Of a stretch of 64,000 nucleotides of DNA, positions 1 to 12,400 are shown one piece after another (the first letter of the stretch is position 1; every line of letters starts with the position of its first letter). The translations under genes were made by a program, and so were the position numbers. The notes under the pieces are model-generated. The model had not been told where the DNA came from. It saw only the letters and a program-made list of their open reading frames with translations, and did not search any database. Source of the stretch: Heterodontus francisci (lineage: Eukaryota); the NCBI RefSeq assembly GCF_036365525.1, contig NW_027140453.1:248001-312000 (forward strand), written 5' to 3'.

Positions 1-87
1 CTGGTTAAAGCTCTTGTCTGAGAATTCCACGTGGCCTAAAGATTCTACCTTTGCATCATCACAGCTGCTGCTTCCGAAAAGATTCTC
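1..87 (-). CDS. Candidate coding exon of an unidentified minus-strand gene (runs off window)
   Basis: Minus-strand pyrimidine tract + AG (tttcttattcccaag) at 89-88, then an open frame ENLFGSSSCDDAKVESLGHVEFSDKSFNQ, phase-compatible with the 876-1008 exon. No homology recognised. Confidence 0.3.
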
Positions 88-529
88 CTTGGGAATAAGA
101 AATAAATTAGATTCAAATAAAGCAAAGCATTTTTGAACAGAAATAAAACACAGCGAGAGCCCAGGGCTCTTTCTCTCACTCACTGACAGAAAACAATCTC
201 CCAGTGACTCCCCATCTTACTAACACATCCCCGACACAGAGCCAGAGACTGGGAAGTGTGGATGTGTTTACCCTGTCATTTCCTGCTGTCTCTCCCTCCC
301 TCTCTCTCTCTCTCTCTCTCTCTATTTCTCTGTGTGTCTCTCTACATCTGTTTCTGCCTCATTGTAAAAACACACAAACACTGGTGACCCCCATCCTCTC
401 TCCCATAGAAGGATAGAGAGAGAAATCCACATTCCCATCCCTGAAACTCTGCCAGGTGATTCATTTCACTGTCAAATTCAGCCCACAGCCTAAGACACCA
501 GCATTATTCGGGAATGAGAACAAGCCTTT

Positions 530-720
530 CCAAACCTTCACATTTCAGCCATTTCATTGCTGATTCACAGAAGTATTTGACACTCAATGAATTAATTTTT
601 AAAGTGCTCGTCACTGTTGCAATGTTGGAAATGCTGCAGGCCATTGGTACACAGCAAGATCCCACAAGCAGCAGTGTGATAACAGCCGGCAAGCTGTGCA
701 CAGCAAGATCCCAGCAATGG
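530..720 (-). mobile_element. Deu-domain SINE fragment (similar pieces near 1970, 2225-2255, 2450-2490)
   Basis: Reverse complement contains ttatcacactgctgcttgtgggatcttgctgtg, matching the Deu core seen at 20880-20915. Confidence 0.6.
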
Positions 721-875
721 TGCCACTTCAACCAAGGTTTTGCACCAAGGCTGCTCCTTTAACCCCAGGCTTTCAACCTATTTAAAACAGCAGGGCCCCA
801 ATCCGACAGGAACTGGTTAGCCCAGGACCCCAGACATGAAATTAAACCACGGCCTAATAAACAGACACAACTCAC

Positions 876-1008
876 GTGGGCCCTTTGGGTGCAGCCTGTG
901 GACAAGGCCTCAGTCCGTCCCCTCAGGAGGAAGCTCCTGTCCAAGGATTCCTCGTCCCAAACTTTCCCTCTTTTCATCTTCACCATGCAGTTTTCAGAAT
1001 GAAAATTC
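876..1008 (-). CDS. Candidate exon of an unidentified minus-strand gene
   Basis: Acceptor tctccgtcttgccttAG at 1010-1009 and donor GTGAGT at 875. One open frame (NFHSENCMVKMKRGKVWDEESLDRSFLLRGRTEALSTGCTQRAH) ending in phase 0. Confidence 0.3.
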
Positions 1009-1175
1009 CTAAGGCAAGACGGAGAGAGAGAAAATTGATTAAAATACATTGTTAAACAAAATAGCACAGCAAGAGCCCAGGAATTGCCCTCGGTTACACA
1101 GACACTCTCTCAGCAACACCCAAATACAAACAAATCACAGTTAATAAACCAAAGGATAAAAGGATTGTGACAGCA

Positions 1176-1824
1176 ACTTCCCTACCACTGACGTCAGGCT
1201 CACCGGTCTATAATTACCTGGATTATCCCTGCTACCCTTCTTAAACAAGGGGACAACATTAGCAATTCTCCAGTCCTCCGGGACCTCACCCGTGTTTAAG
1301 GATGCTGCAAAGATATCTGTTAAGGCCCCAACTATTTCCTCTCTGGCTTCCCACAGTAACCTGGGATAGATCCCATCCGGACCTGGGGACTTGTCCACCT
1401 TAATGCCTTTCAGAATACCCAACACTTCCTACCTCCTTATGCCGACTTGACCTAGAGTAATCAAACATTTGTCCCTAACCTCAACATCCCTCATGTCCCT
1501 CTCCTCGGTGAATACCGATGCAAAGTACTCGTTTCGAATCTCACCCATTTTCTCTGAGTCCAAGCATAACTTTCCTCCTTTGTCCTTGAGTGGGCCAATC
1601 CTTTCTCTAGTTACCCTCTTGCTCCTTATATATGAATAAAAGGCTTTGGGATTTTCCTTAACCCTGTTTGCTAAAGCTATTTCATGACCCCTTTCAGCCC
1701 TCTTAATTCCTCGTTTCAGATTGCGCCTACAATCCCGATATTCTTTCAAAGCTTCGGCTTTCTTCAGCCGCCTAGACCTTATGTGTGCTTCCTTTTTCCT
1801 CTTAGCTAGTCTCACAATTTCACC
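1176..1824 (-). mobile_element. CR1 LINE ORF2 internal fragment, near-identical to 16789-17434
   Basis: KSPGPDGIYPR...NYRPVSLTSVVGK motifs; direct sequence match to the 16.5-20.5 kb element. Confidence 0.92.
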
Positions 1825-3264
1825 AAGATCCCACAATTTCATTTCACCCTCAAATTCAGGGCACTGCCCAAAACACCATCATTACTCCGGAATTGTACTG
1901 GCTTCAAGCTCAGGACTTTAATTCCAGGCCTTCAGATAATGCAAATATGCAGATAATCTGTTTTTAGTGCACAGCAAGATCCCAGCAATGTTGACACTTC
2001 AATATTCAGTGTACCAAGCTTTTGAGTGTGGATTTCTCTCTCTCTCGCCCTCTCTCTGTCTTTCTCCATCTTTCTCTGCCTTCCCTCCCTCACCCACACT
2101 CTGCCTGTCTCTCTCTCTCTCTCTGTTTAACCTGCCACCTCCAGCTGTTTCTCACTCTCTCTCTTTTTCTCTCCATCTGTTTCTGCCTCAGTGTTGGATG
2201 CAGGAATTGATTCAGGGAATGTATGCACAGCAGGATCCCACAATGTGATCATAGCCAAATATCCCATCACAGTCCTCAGAAAATGCTAAACTCCATCGTT
2301 AAACTAATGCCAAGTCTTTATACAGCTTCACGTTCAGCTCTTGCAATTATTGTAAAATTCTTCTAAAAACACAGATAAATCCACACTCAGACCCTCAGGA
2401 AGCTGAATTTGAAACTGTTGTCATGGAAGAAATGCTGCAGGCCACTAGATGCACAGCACGATCCCACAAGCAGCAATGTGATAATAGCCAGATTTCAGTC
2501 CCCAGAAAGAGCGAATCCCTCCTGAAACTGGGAACAAGCTGCTGATTCCGTCTCACTATTTCAAATCACGACAAATCGCATTGCTGTGTGTGGCATGTTT
2601 TTTTATTTGTTAAAGCTTTAAATGGAGAAGGCGAGTGTGAAACAGAGTCAGAGAAGAGAAAGCATGGCGGGAGATAGAGACACAGGGAAAGAATGTGGAG
2701 ACAGAGAGAAAGCTAACTTCAGAACTACAGTAAAATGAATTAAAATGGGCATCGTGCATCTTTTTTCTCTAAGTTCACGAAGCATTGCCCAAAACATCAG
2801 CAAACCTCACAGACAGGGCTGGATGGAACAAGTGCAAATGGGACCCTCAGGGTTTTTTTGTGTGCTGAAACCTTTTTCAGTGTCCAGTCCCTTCAACTTT
2901 TAATAAAATCTGTTGAACACAAATAAATGTAAGGTTTCTCCTACAAGCTGTTTTGTCCTCCTTCTTCCACTGTCACTTACCGTCACTCCCTATCTCTCTC
3001 TGTGTCTCTCACAGGACTGGGCAGACACAGGGGATTGTTACAGAGGTTCTGTTGGCCATTGTTAGTGTCATCAGTGTGGATTGTAAAATTTGTGTGTGTG
3101 TGTGTGTGTGTGTGTCTGTCAGTCTCTGTGTGTGTCTGTGTGTGTCTACATGTTTGTGTGTGTGAGAGAGAGAATCTCAGGGTCACCTCTCTGCATCTCT
3201 ATCTCTCCTTCTCTCTCCGTTTCTCCTTCTCTCTCGATCTCTCCCTCTCTCAGTCTGCCCTTCT

Positions 3265-3495
3265 CATAGAAACATAGAAAATAGGAGCAGGAGCAGGCCA
3301 TTCGGCCCCTCGGGTCTGCTCTGCCATTCAATAAAGATCATGACCAATGGGCTAATTCAGTACCCTGTTCCTACTTTCTCCCCATAGCCCTTGATCCCTT
3401 TGACACTAAGAAATATATCTCTTCCCTCCTTGAATATCTTTAATGACTTGGCCTCCACTGCCTTCTGCGGCAGAGAATTCCACAGGTTCACCACC
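3265..3495 (-). mobile_element. CR1-type LINE 3' end
   Basis: catagaaacatagaaa tail repeat followed by a typical CR1 3' UTR and ORF2 end (ggccattcggccc...agaattccacaggttcaccacc). Confidence 0.75.
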
Positions 3496-6400
3496 CCCTT
3501 CCCCATCTCTCTCTCCCCCTCTATCTCCCTCTCCCCCTCTATCTCCCTCGCCCCCCTCTATCGCCCTCTCCCCTCTATCTCCCTCTCCCTCTTGATCTCC
3601 CTCTCCCCCTTGATCTCCCTCTCTCCCCTCAATCTCCCTCTCCCCCCTCGATTTCCCTCTCCCCCCTCGATCTCCCTCTCCCCCCTCGATCTCCCTCGGC
3701 CCATCCATCTCACTCTCCCCCTCTATCTCCCTCTCCCGCTCTCTCTGCCTCTCCCCTCTATCTACCCCTCTATCTCCCTCTCCCCCTCTAANNNNNNNNN
3801 NNNNNNNNNNNNNNNNNNNNNNNNNNNNNNNNNNNNNNNNNNNNNNNNNNNNNNNNNNNNNNNNNNNNNNNNNNNNNNNNNNNNNNNNNNNNNNNNNNNN
3901 NNNNNNNNNNNNNNNNNNNNNNNNNNNNCTCCCCCCTCTATCTACCCCACTATCTCCCTCTCCCCCTCTAGCTCTTTCTCCCCACTCTCTCTCCCTCTCC
4001 CCTCTTTCTCCCTCCCCCTCTCTCCCTCCCCCTCTCTCTCCCACTCCCCCCTCTCTCTCCCCTTTCTCTCTCTCTCCCCCTTTCTCTCTCTCTCCCCTTT
4101 CTCTCCCTCGCCCCCTCTCCCGCCCTCTCCCCCTCTCTCGCCCTCTCCCCCTCTCTCGCCCTCTCCCCCTCTCACCCCTTCTCACCCCTCTCTCACCCCC
4201 TCTCACTCCCTCTCACCCCCTCTCTCTCCCTCTCCCCTCTCTTTCATCCCCTCCCCCTCTCTCTCTCCCCTCTCTCTCTCCCCCTCTCTCTCTCCCCCCT
4301 CTCTCTCTCCCCCATCACTCTCTTCCCCCTCTATCTCTCTCTGCCCCCTCTATATCTCTCTTCCCCCTCTATCTCTCTCTCTTCCCCTACAACTCTTTCT
4401 CCCCATCTCTCTCTGTCGTTGTCTTTCGCTATCACTGTCTCTGTCTCTCTCTCTCACTGACGCTCCCTTTCTCTCTGTTTCTTTCTGTGTCTCTATCTCT
4501 CTCTTTCTGTCTTTCTCTCTCTCTCTGACTCTCTCTCTCTCTCTCTCTTTCATTCTCTGTTACTCTTTCGCTCTTTGCTTCTGTCCATGACTCTATTTGT
4601 GTCTCTCTCGCACCATCTCTGCCATTCTCTCTCTGTATCTCTCTCTCTCACTGTCTCTGTATCTTCCTCTCAGTATCTCTGTCTCCCTCTCTATTTCTAC
4701 CGCTTCCTCTCAGTCTCTCTCTCTCTGTCCCTCCATCTGTCTTTCCCTCCCTGTCACTCCATCTCTCTCCTTCTCTCTCTGTCCCTCCATCTGTCTTTCC
4801 CTCCCTGTCACTCCCTTTCCTTCTGTTTCTGTCTCTCCCTCTCTCTCTGTCTCTCCCTCTCTCCCTCTCTTTCACTGCCTCTGTCCATAACTCTGTCTGT
4901 GTCTCTATGACACCATTTCTCCCTTTCTGTCCTTCCCTCCCTGTCACTCCGTCTCTCTCCTTCTATCTCTGTCCCTCCATCTGTCTTTCCCTCCCTGACA
5001 CTCCCTCTCTCTCTTTCTATCTCTGCCTCTCTCTGTCCCTCCATCTGTCTTTCACTCTCTGTCTCTCCCACTCTCTCCTTCTATCTATCGCTCTCTCTCT
5101 GTCCCTCCATCTGTCTTTCCCTCTCTGTCTCACCCCCTCTCTCCTTCTATCTCTCCCTCTCTCTCTGTCCCGCCATCTGTCCTTCCCTCCCTGACACTCC
5201 ATTTCTCTCCTTCTATCTCTGTCTCTCACTCTATCCCTCCATCTGCCTTTCCCTCCCTGTCACTCCATCTCTCTCCTTGTCTCTCTATCTCGCACTCTAT
5301 CCCTCCATCTGTCCTTCTCTCCCTGTCACTCCATCTCTCTCCTTCTATCTCTGTGTCTCTCTCTCTCTGTCCCTCCATCTATCTTTCCCTCTCCATCTCT
5401 CCCTCTCTCTCCTTCTCTCTCTGTCTCTCTCTCTGTCTCACCATCTGTCTTCCCATCCCCGTCACTCACTCTCTCTCCTATCTATATCTCTGTCTCTCTC
5501 TCTTTCCCTCCATCTGTCTTTCTCTCCCTGATACTCCCTCTCTCTCCTTCCCTCTCTGTCTTTCTTTATGTCGCTCCATTTGTCTTTCCCTGCCAGTCAC
5601 TCCCTCTCTCTCATTCTATCTCATCTCTCTCACTGACGCTCCCTTTCTGTCTGTTTCTTTCTGTGTCTCTATCTCTCTCTTTCTGTCTGTCTCTCTCTCT
5701 CTCTGACTCTCTCTCTCTCTCTCTGTTACTCTCTCTCTCTCTGTGCTTCTGTCCATGACTCTATTTGTGTCTCTCTCACACCATCTCTGCCTTTCTCTCT
5801 CTCTATCTCACTCTCTCACTGTCTCTTTATCTTCCTCTCCATATCTCTGTCTCCCTTTCTATTTCTACCTCTTCCTCTCTGTTTCTCTCTGTCCCTCCAT
5901 CTGTCTTTCGCTCCCTGTCACTCCATCTCTCTCCTTCTCTCTCTGCCCCTCCATCTGTCTTTCCCTCCCCGTCACTCCCTCTCTCTCCTTCTATCTCTGT
6001 CTCTCCCTCTTTCTCTCTCTCTGTCTCTCCCTCTCTCCCTCTCTTTCACTGCCTCTGTCCATAACTCTGTCTGTGTCTCTATGACACCATTTCTCCCTTT
6101 CTGTTTCCCCGTCTCTCTTTCTTTTCATCTCTCCCTTCCTCCCTCGCTCCCAATACAGCAATGGTTTCAACCATATTTCCTTCTTTCTTGATCCCTCCCT
6201 CTATGTCCCTCTCTCTCCTTCTATCTCTGTCTCTTCCTCTCTCTCTGTATCCCTCAGTCCCTCCATCTATCTTTACCTCTCTGTCACTCCCTCTCTCTCC
6301 TTCTATCTCTGCCTCTCTCTCTTTCTATCCCTCCATCTGCCCTTCCATTCCTGTCAATCTCCCTCACTCCTTCTCTCTCTGTCTCTCTCTCTCTGTCCCT

Positions 6401-9400
6401 CCATCTGTCCTTCCCTCCCTGTCACTCCGTCTCTCTCCTTCTATCTCTGTCTCTCTCTGTCCCTCCATCTGTCTTTCCCTCTCTGTCTCTCCCACTCTCT
6501 CCTTCTATCTATCGCTCTCTCTCTGTCCCTCCATCTGTATTTCCCTCTCTGTCTCACCCCCTCTCTCCTTCTATCTATCGCTCTCTCTCTGTCCCTCCAT
6601 CTGTATTTCCCTCTCTGTCTCACCCCCTCTCTCATTCCATCTCTGCCTCTCACTCTCGGTCTCTCCATCTGTCTTTCCATCTCTGTCTCTCCATCTCTCT
6701 CCTTCTCTCTCTCTCTGTCTCTTCATCTGTCTCCCCCCCCCCCCCACATCGTCACTCCCTCTTTCTCCTTCTAACTCTGTCTCTGCCTCGCTCTCTGTCT
6801 CTCTCTCTATCCCTCCATCTGTCCTTCCCTCCCTGTCACTCCATCTCTCTCCTTCTCTCTCTGTCTCTCTCTCTGTCCCTCCATCTGTCTTTCCCTCCCT
6901 GACACTCCCTCTCTCTCTCCTTCTATCTCTGTCTCTCTCTATCCCTCCATCTGTCTTTCCCTCTCTGTCTCTCCCTCTCTCTCCTTCTATCTCTCCCTCT
7001 CTCTCTGTCCCGCCATCTGTCTTTCCCTCCCTGACACTCCCTCTCTCTCCCTTTTTTCTCTGTCTCTCTCTCTCTGTCCCTGCATCTGTCTTTCCCTCCC
7101 TGACACTCCCTCTCTCTTCTTCTCTCTCTGTCTCTCTCTCTGTCCCTCCATCTGTCTTTCCCTCCCTGACACTCCCTCTCTCTCCTTCTATCTCTGTCTC
7201 TCTCTATCCCTCCATCTGTCTTTCCCTCTCTGTCTCTCCCTCTCTCTCCTTCTATCTCTCCCTCTCTCTCTGTCCCGCCATCTGTCTTTCCCTCCCTGAC
7301 ACTCCCTCTCTCTCCCTTTTTTCTCTGTCTCTCTCTCTGTCTGTCCATCTGTCTTTCCCTACCTGTGACTCCCTCACTGCTTGCATCTCTGCCTCTCTCT
7401 CTCTTTCTCTCCATCTGTCTTTCACTCTGTCTCTCCCACTCTCTCCTTCTCTCTCTGTCACTCCATCAGTCTCGCCGCTCCCGCCCCCACCATCACTCGA
7501 TCTCTCTCCTTCTCTCTCTGCCTCTCTCTCTGTCCCTCCATCTGTCCTTCCCTCCCTGTCACTCCATCTCTCTCCTTCTCTCTCTGCCTCTCTCTCTGTC
7601 CCTCCATCTGTCTTTCCCTCCCTGACACTCCCTCTCTCTCCTTCTATCTCTGTCTCTCTCTATCCCTCCAACAGTCTTCCCCTCTCTGTGACTCCCTCTC
7701 TCTCCTTCCATGTGTCTTTCTCTCTCTCTGTCTCTCCACCTGCCTTTCCCTCCCTGACACTACCTCTCTCTCCTTCTATCTCTCTCTCTCTCTCTCTATC
7801 CCTCCATCAGTCCTTCCCTCCCTGTCACTCCATCTCTCTCCTTCTCGCTCTGTCTCCCACTCTGTCGCTCCATCTGCCTTTCCCTTCCTGACACACCACC
7901 TCTCTCCTTCTCTCTCTGTCTCTCACTCTGTCCCTCCATCTGTCTTTCCCACCCAGACACACCCTCTCTCTCATCTATCTCTGTCTCTCACTCCATCCCT
8001 CCATCTGTCCTTCCCTCCCTGTTACTCCATCTCTCTCCTTCTATCGCTGTCTCTCTCTCTCTCTGTCCCTCCATCTGTCCTTCCCTCCCTGTCACTCCAT
8101 CTCTCTCCTTCTATCTATCTCTCTCTCTCTCTCTGTCCCTCCATCTGTCTTTCCCTTTCAGTCCCTCCCTCTCTCTCCTTCTATCTCTGTATCTCTCTCT
8201 CTCTGCCCCTCCATCTGTCCTTCCCTCCCTGTCACTCCATCTCTCTCCTTCTCTCCGTCTCTCTCACTCTGTCCCTACATCTGTCTTTCTCTCCCTGACA
8301 CTCCCTCTCTCTCCTTCCATCTCTGCCTCTCACTCTCTGTCCCTCCAACAGTCTTTCCCTCTCTGTGACTCCCTCTCTCTCCTTCTCTCTCTGTCTTTCT
8401 ATCTGTCGCTCCATCTATCTTTCCCTGCCTGTCACTCCCTCTCTCTCATTTCATCTCTGCCTCTCACTCTCTGTCCCTCCATCTGTCCTTCCCTCCCAGT
8501 CACTCCATCTCTCTCCTTCTCTCTCTGTCTCTCACTCTGTCCCTCCATCTGTCCTTTCCTTCCTGGCAATCCCTCTCTTTCCTTCTATCTCTGTCTCTGC
8601 CACTCTCTCTGTCTCTCTCTCTCTGTCCCTCCATCTGTCTTTCCCTCTCTGTCTCTCCGTCTCTCTATCCCACCATCTGTCCTTCCCTCCCTGTCACTCC
8701 CCCTCTCTCCTTCTCTCTCTGTCTCTCTCTCTCTGTCTCTCCATCTGTCTTCCCCTCCCCGTCACACCCTCTCTCTCCTTCTATCTCTATCTCTGTCTCT
8801 CTCTCTGTCCCTCCACTTCTCTTTCCCGCCCTGTCACTCCCACTGTCTGCTTCTATCTCTGTCTCTCTCTCTCAATCCCTCCATCTGCCCTTCCCTCCCT
8901 GTCACACCCTCTCTGTCCTTCTCTCTCTGTCTTTCTCTCTGTCTCTCCATCTGTCTTTCCCTGCCTGTAACTCCATCTCTCACCTTCCATCACTGCCTCT
9001 CACTCTCTGTCTCTCCATATCTCTCCTTCTATCTCTGTCTCTCTCTCTCTGTCCCTCCATCTGTCTTCTCCCCCCCTCCGTCACGCCATCTCTCTGCTTC
9101 TATCTCTGTCTCTCTCCCTCTGTCCCTCCATCTGTCCTTCCCTCATTGTCACTACATCTCTCTCCTTCTATCTCTCTCACTCCCTCTCTTACCCTCCATC
9201 TGTCTTTCCCTCTCTGTCCCTCCCTCTCTCTCCTTCTATCACTGTCTCTATCTCTCTGTCTCTCCATCTGCCCTTCCCTCTTTGACACTCCCTCTCTCTC
9301 CTTCTCTCTCTGTCTTTCTATCTGTCGCTCCATCTGTCCTTCCCTCCCAGTCACTCCATCTCTCTCCTTCTCTCCGTCTCTCTCTCTCTGTCTCTCCATC

Positions 9401-12400
9401 TGTCTTCCCCACCCCCTGTCACTCACTCTCACTCCTTTTATCTCTATCTCTGTCTCTCTCTCTGTCCCTCCATCTATATTACCCTCTCTGTCACTCCCAC
9501 CCTCTCCTTCTATCTCTCTCCCTCACACTCTGTCCCTCCATCTGTCTTTCTCTCCCTGACACTCCCTCTCTCTCCTTCCATCTCTGCCTCTCACTCTCTG
9601 TCTCTCCATCTGTCTTTCCCTCTCTGTCTCTCCATCTCTCTCCTTCTCTCTCTCTCTGTCTCTTCATCTGTCTCCCCCCCCACCCCGTCACTCCCTCTTT
9701 CTCTTTCTAACTCTGTCTCTGCCTCGCTCTCTGTCTCTCTCTCTATCCCTCCATCTGTCCTTCCCTCCCTGTCACTCCATCTCTCTCCTTCTCTCTCTGC
9801 CTCTCACTCTATCCCTCCATCTGTCTTCCCCTCCGCGTCACACCCTCTCTCTCCTTCTATCTCTATCCCTGTCTATCTCTCTGTCCCTCCACTTCTCTTT
9901 CCCTCCCTGTCACACCCACTCTCTGCTTCTATCTCTGTCTCTCTCTCTCAATCCCTCCATCTATCCTTCCCTCCCTGTCACACCCTCTCACTCCTTCTCG
10001 CTCTGTCTCTCTCTCTGGCTCTCCATCTGTCTTTCCCTGCCTGTCACTCCCTCTCTCACCTTCCATCACGGCCTCTCACTCTCTGTCTCTCCAACTCTCT
10101 TTCCCTCTCTATCTCTGCATATCTTTCCTTCTATCTCTGTCTCTCTCCCTCTGTCCCTCCATCTGTCCTTCCCTCATTGTCACTCCATCTCTCTCCTTCT
10201 ATCTCTCTCTCTTTCCCTCCATCTGTCTTTCCCTCTCTGTCCCTCCCTCTCTCTCCTTCTATCTCTGTCTCTCTCTCTATCCCTCCATCTGCCATTCCCT
10301 CCCTGAAACTCCCTCTCTTTCCTTGCCTCTCTGTCTCTCACTCTATCCCTCCATCGTCCTTCCCACACTGTCACTCCATCTCTCTCCTTCTATCGCTGTC
10401 TCTCTCTCTCTCTCTCTGTCCCTCCATCTGTCCTTCCTTCCCTGTCACTCCATCTCTCTCCTTCTATCTATCTATCTCTCTCTCTCTCTGTCCCTCCATC
10501 TGTCTTCCCTCTCAGTCCCACCCTCTCTCTCCTTCTATCTCTGTATCTCTCTCTCTGCCCCTCCATCTGTCCTTCCCTCCCTCTCACTCCATCTCTCTCC
10601 TTCTCTCCGTCTCTCTCACTCTGTCCCTACATCTGTCTTTCCCTCCCTGACACTCCCTCTCTCTCCTTCCATCTCTGCCTCTCACTCTCTGTCCCTCCAT
10701 CTGTCCTTCCCTCCCCCTCACTCCATCTCTCTCCTTCTCTCCGTCTCTCTCTCTCTGTCTCTCCATCTGTCTTCCCCACCCCCTGTCACTCACTCTCACT
10801 CCTTTTATCTCTATCTCTGTCTCTCTCTCTGTCCCTCCATCTATATTACCCTCTCTGTCACTCCCACCCTCTTCTTCTATCTCTCTCCCTCACACTCTGT
10901 CCCTCCATCTGTCTTTCTCTCCCTGACACTCCCTCTCTCTCCTTCCATCTCTGCCTCTCACTCTCTGTCTCTCCATCTGTCTTTCCCTCTCTGTCTCTCC
11001 ATCTCTCTCCTTCTCTCTCTCTCTGTCTCTTCATCTGTCTCCCCCCCACCCCGTCACCCCCTCTTTCTCTTTCTAACTCTGTCTCTGCCTCGCTCTCTGT
11101 CTCTCTCTCTATCCCTCCATCTGTCCTTCCCTCCCTGTCACATCATCTCTCTCCTTCTCTCTCTGCCTCTCACTCTATCCCTCCATCTGTCTTCCCCTCC
11201 GCGTCACACCCTCTCTCTCCTTCTATCTCTATCCCTGTCTATCTCTCTGTCCCTCCACTTCTCTTTCCCTCCCTGTCACACCCACTCTCTGCTTCTATCT
11301 CTGTCTCTCTCTCTCAATCCCTCCATCTATCCTTCCCTCCCTGTCACACCCTCTCTCTCCTTCTCGCTCTGTCTCTCTCTCTGGCTCTCCATCTGTCTTT
11401 CCCTGCCTGTCACTCCCTCTCTCACCTTCCATCACGGCCTCTCACTCTCTGTCTCTCCAACTCTCTTTCCCTCTCTATCTCTGCATATCTTTCCTTCTAT
11501 CTCTGTCTCTCTCCCTCTGTCCCTCCATCTGTCCTTCCCTCATTGTCACTCCATCTCTCTCCTTCTATCTCTCTCTCTTTCCCTCCATCTGTCTTTCCCT
11601 CTCTGTCCCTCCCTCTCTCTCCTTCTATCTCTGTCTCTCTCTCTATCCCTCCATCTGCCATTCCCTCCCTGAAACTCCCTCTCTTTCCTTGCCTCTCTGT
11701 CTCTCACTCTATCCTTCCATCGTCCTTCCCACACTGTCACTCCATCTCTCTCCTTCTATCGCTGTCTCTCTCTCTCTCTCTCTGTCCCTCCATCTGTCCT
11801 TCCTTCCCTGTCACTCCATCTCTCTCCTTCTATCTATCTATCTCTCTCTCTCTCTGTCCCTCCATCTGTCTTCCCTCTCAGTCCCACCCTCTCTCTCCTT
11901 CTATCTCTGTATCTCTCTCTCTGCCCCTCCATCTGTCCTTCCCTCCCTCTCACTCCATCTCTCTCCTTCTCTCCGTCTCTCTCACTCTGTCCCTACATCT
12001 GTCTTTCTCTCCCTGACACTCCCTCTCTCTCCTTCCATCTCTGCCTCTCACTCTCTGTCCCTCCATCTGTCCTTCCCTCCCCCTCACTCCATCTCTCTCC
12101 TTCTCTCCGTCTCTCTCTCTCTGTCTCTCCATCTGTCTTTCCCACCCCCTGTCACTCACTCTCTCTCCTTTTATCTCTATCTCTGTCTCTCTCTCTGTCC
12201 CTCCATCTGTATTACCCTCTCTGTCACTCCCACCCTCTCCTTCTATCTCTCTCCCTCACACACTGGCCCTCCATCTGTCTTTCTCTCCCTGACACTCCCT
12301 CTCTGTACTTCTCTCTCTGTCTTTCTCTCTGTCTCTCCATCTGTATTTCCCTCTCTGTCTCTCCATCTCTCTCCTTCTCTCTCTCTCACTGTCTCACCAT

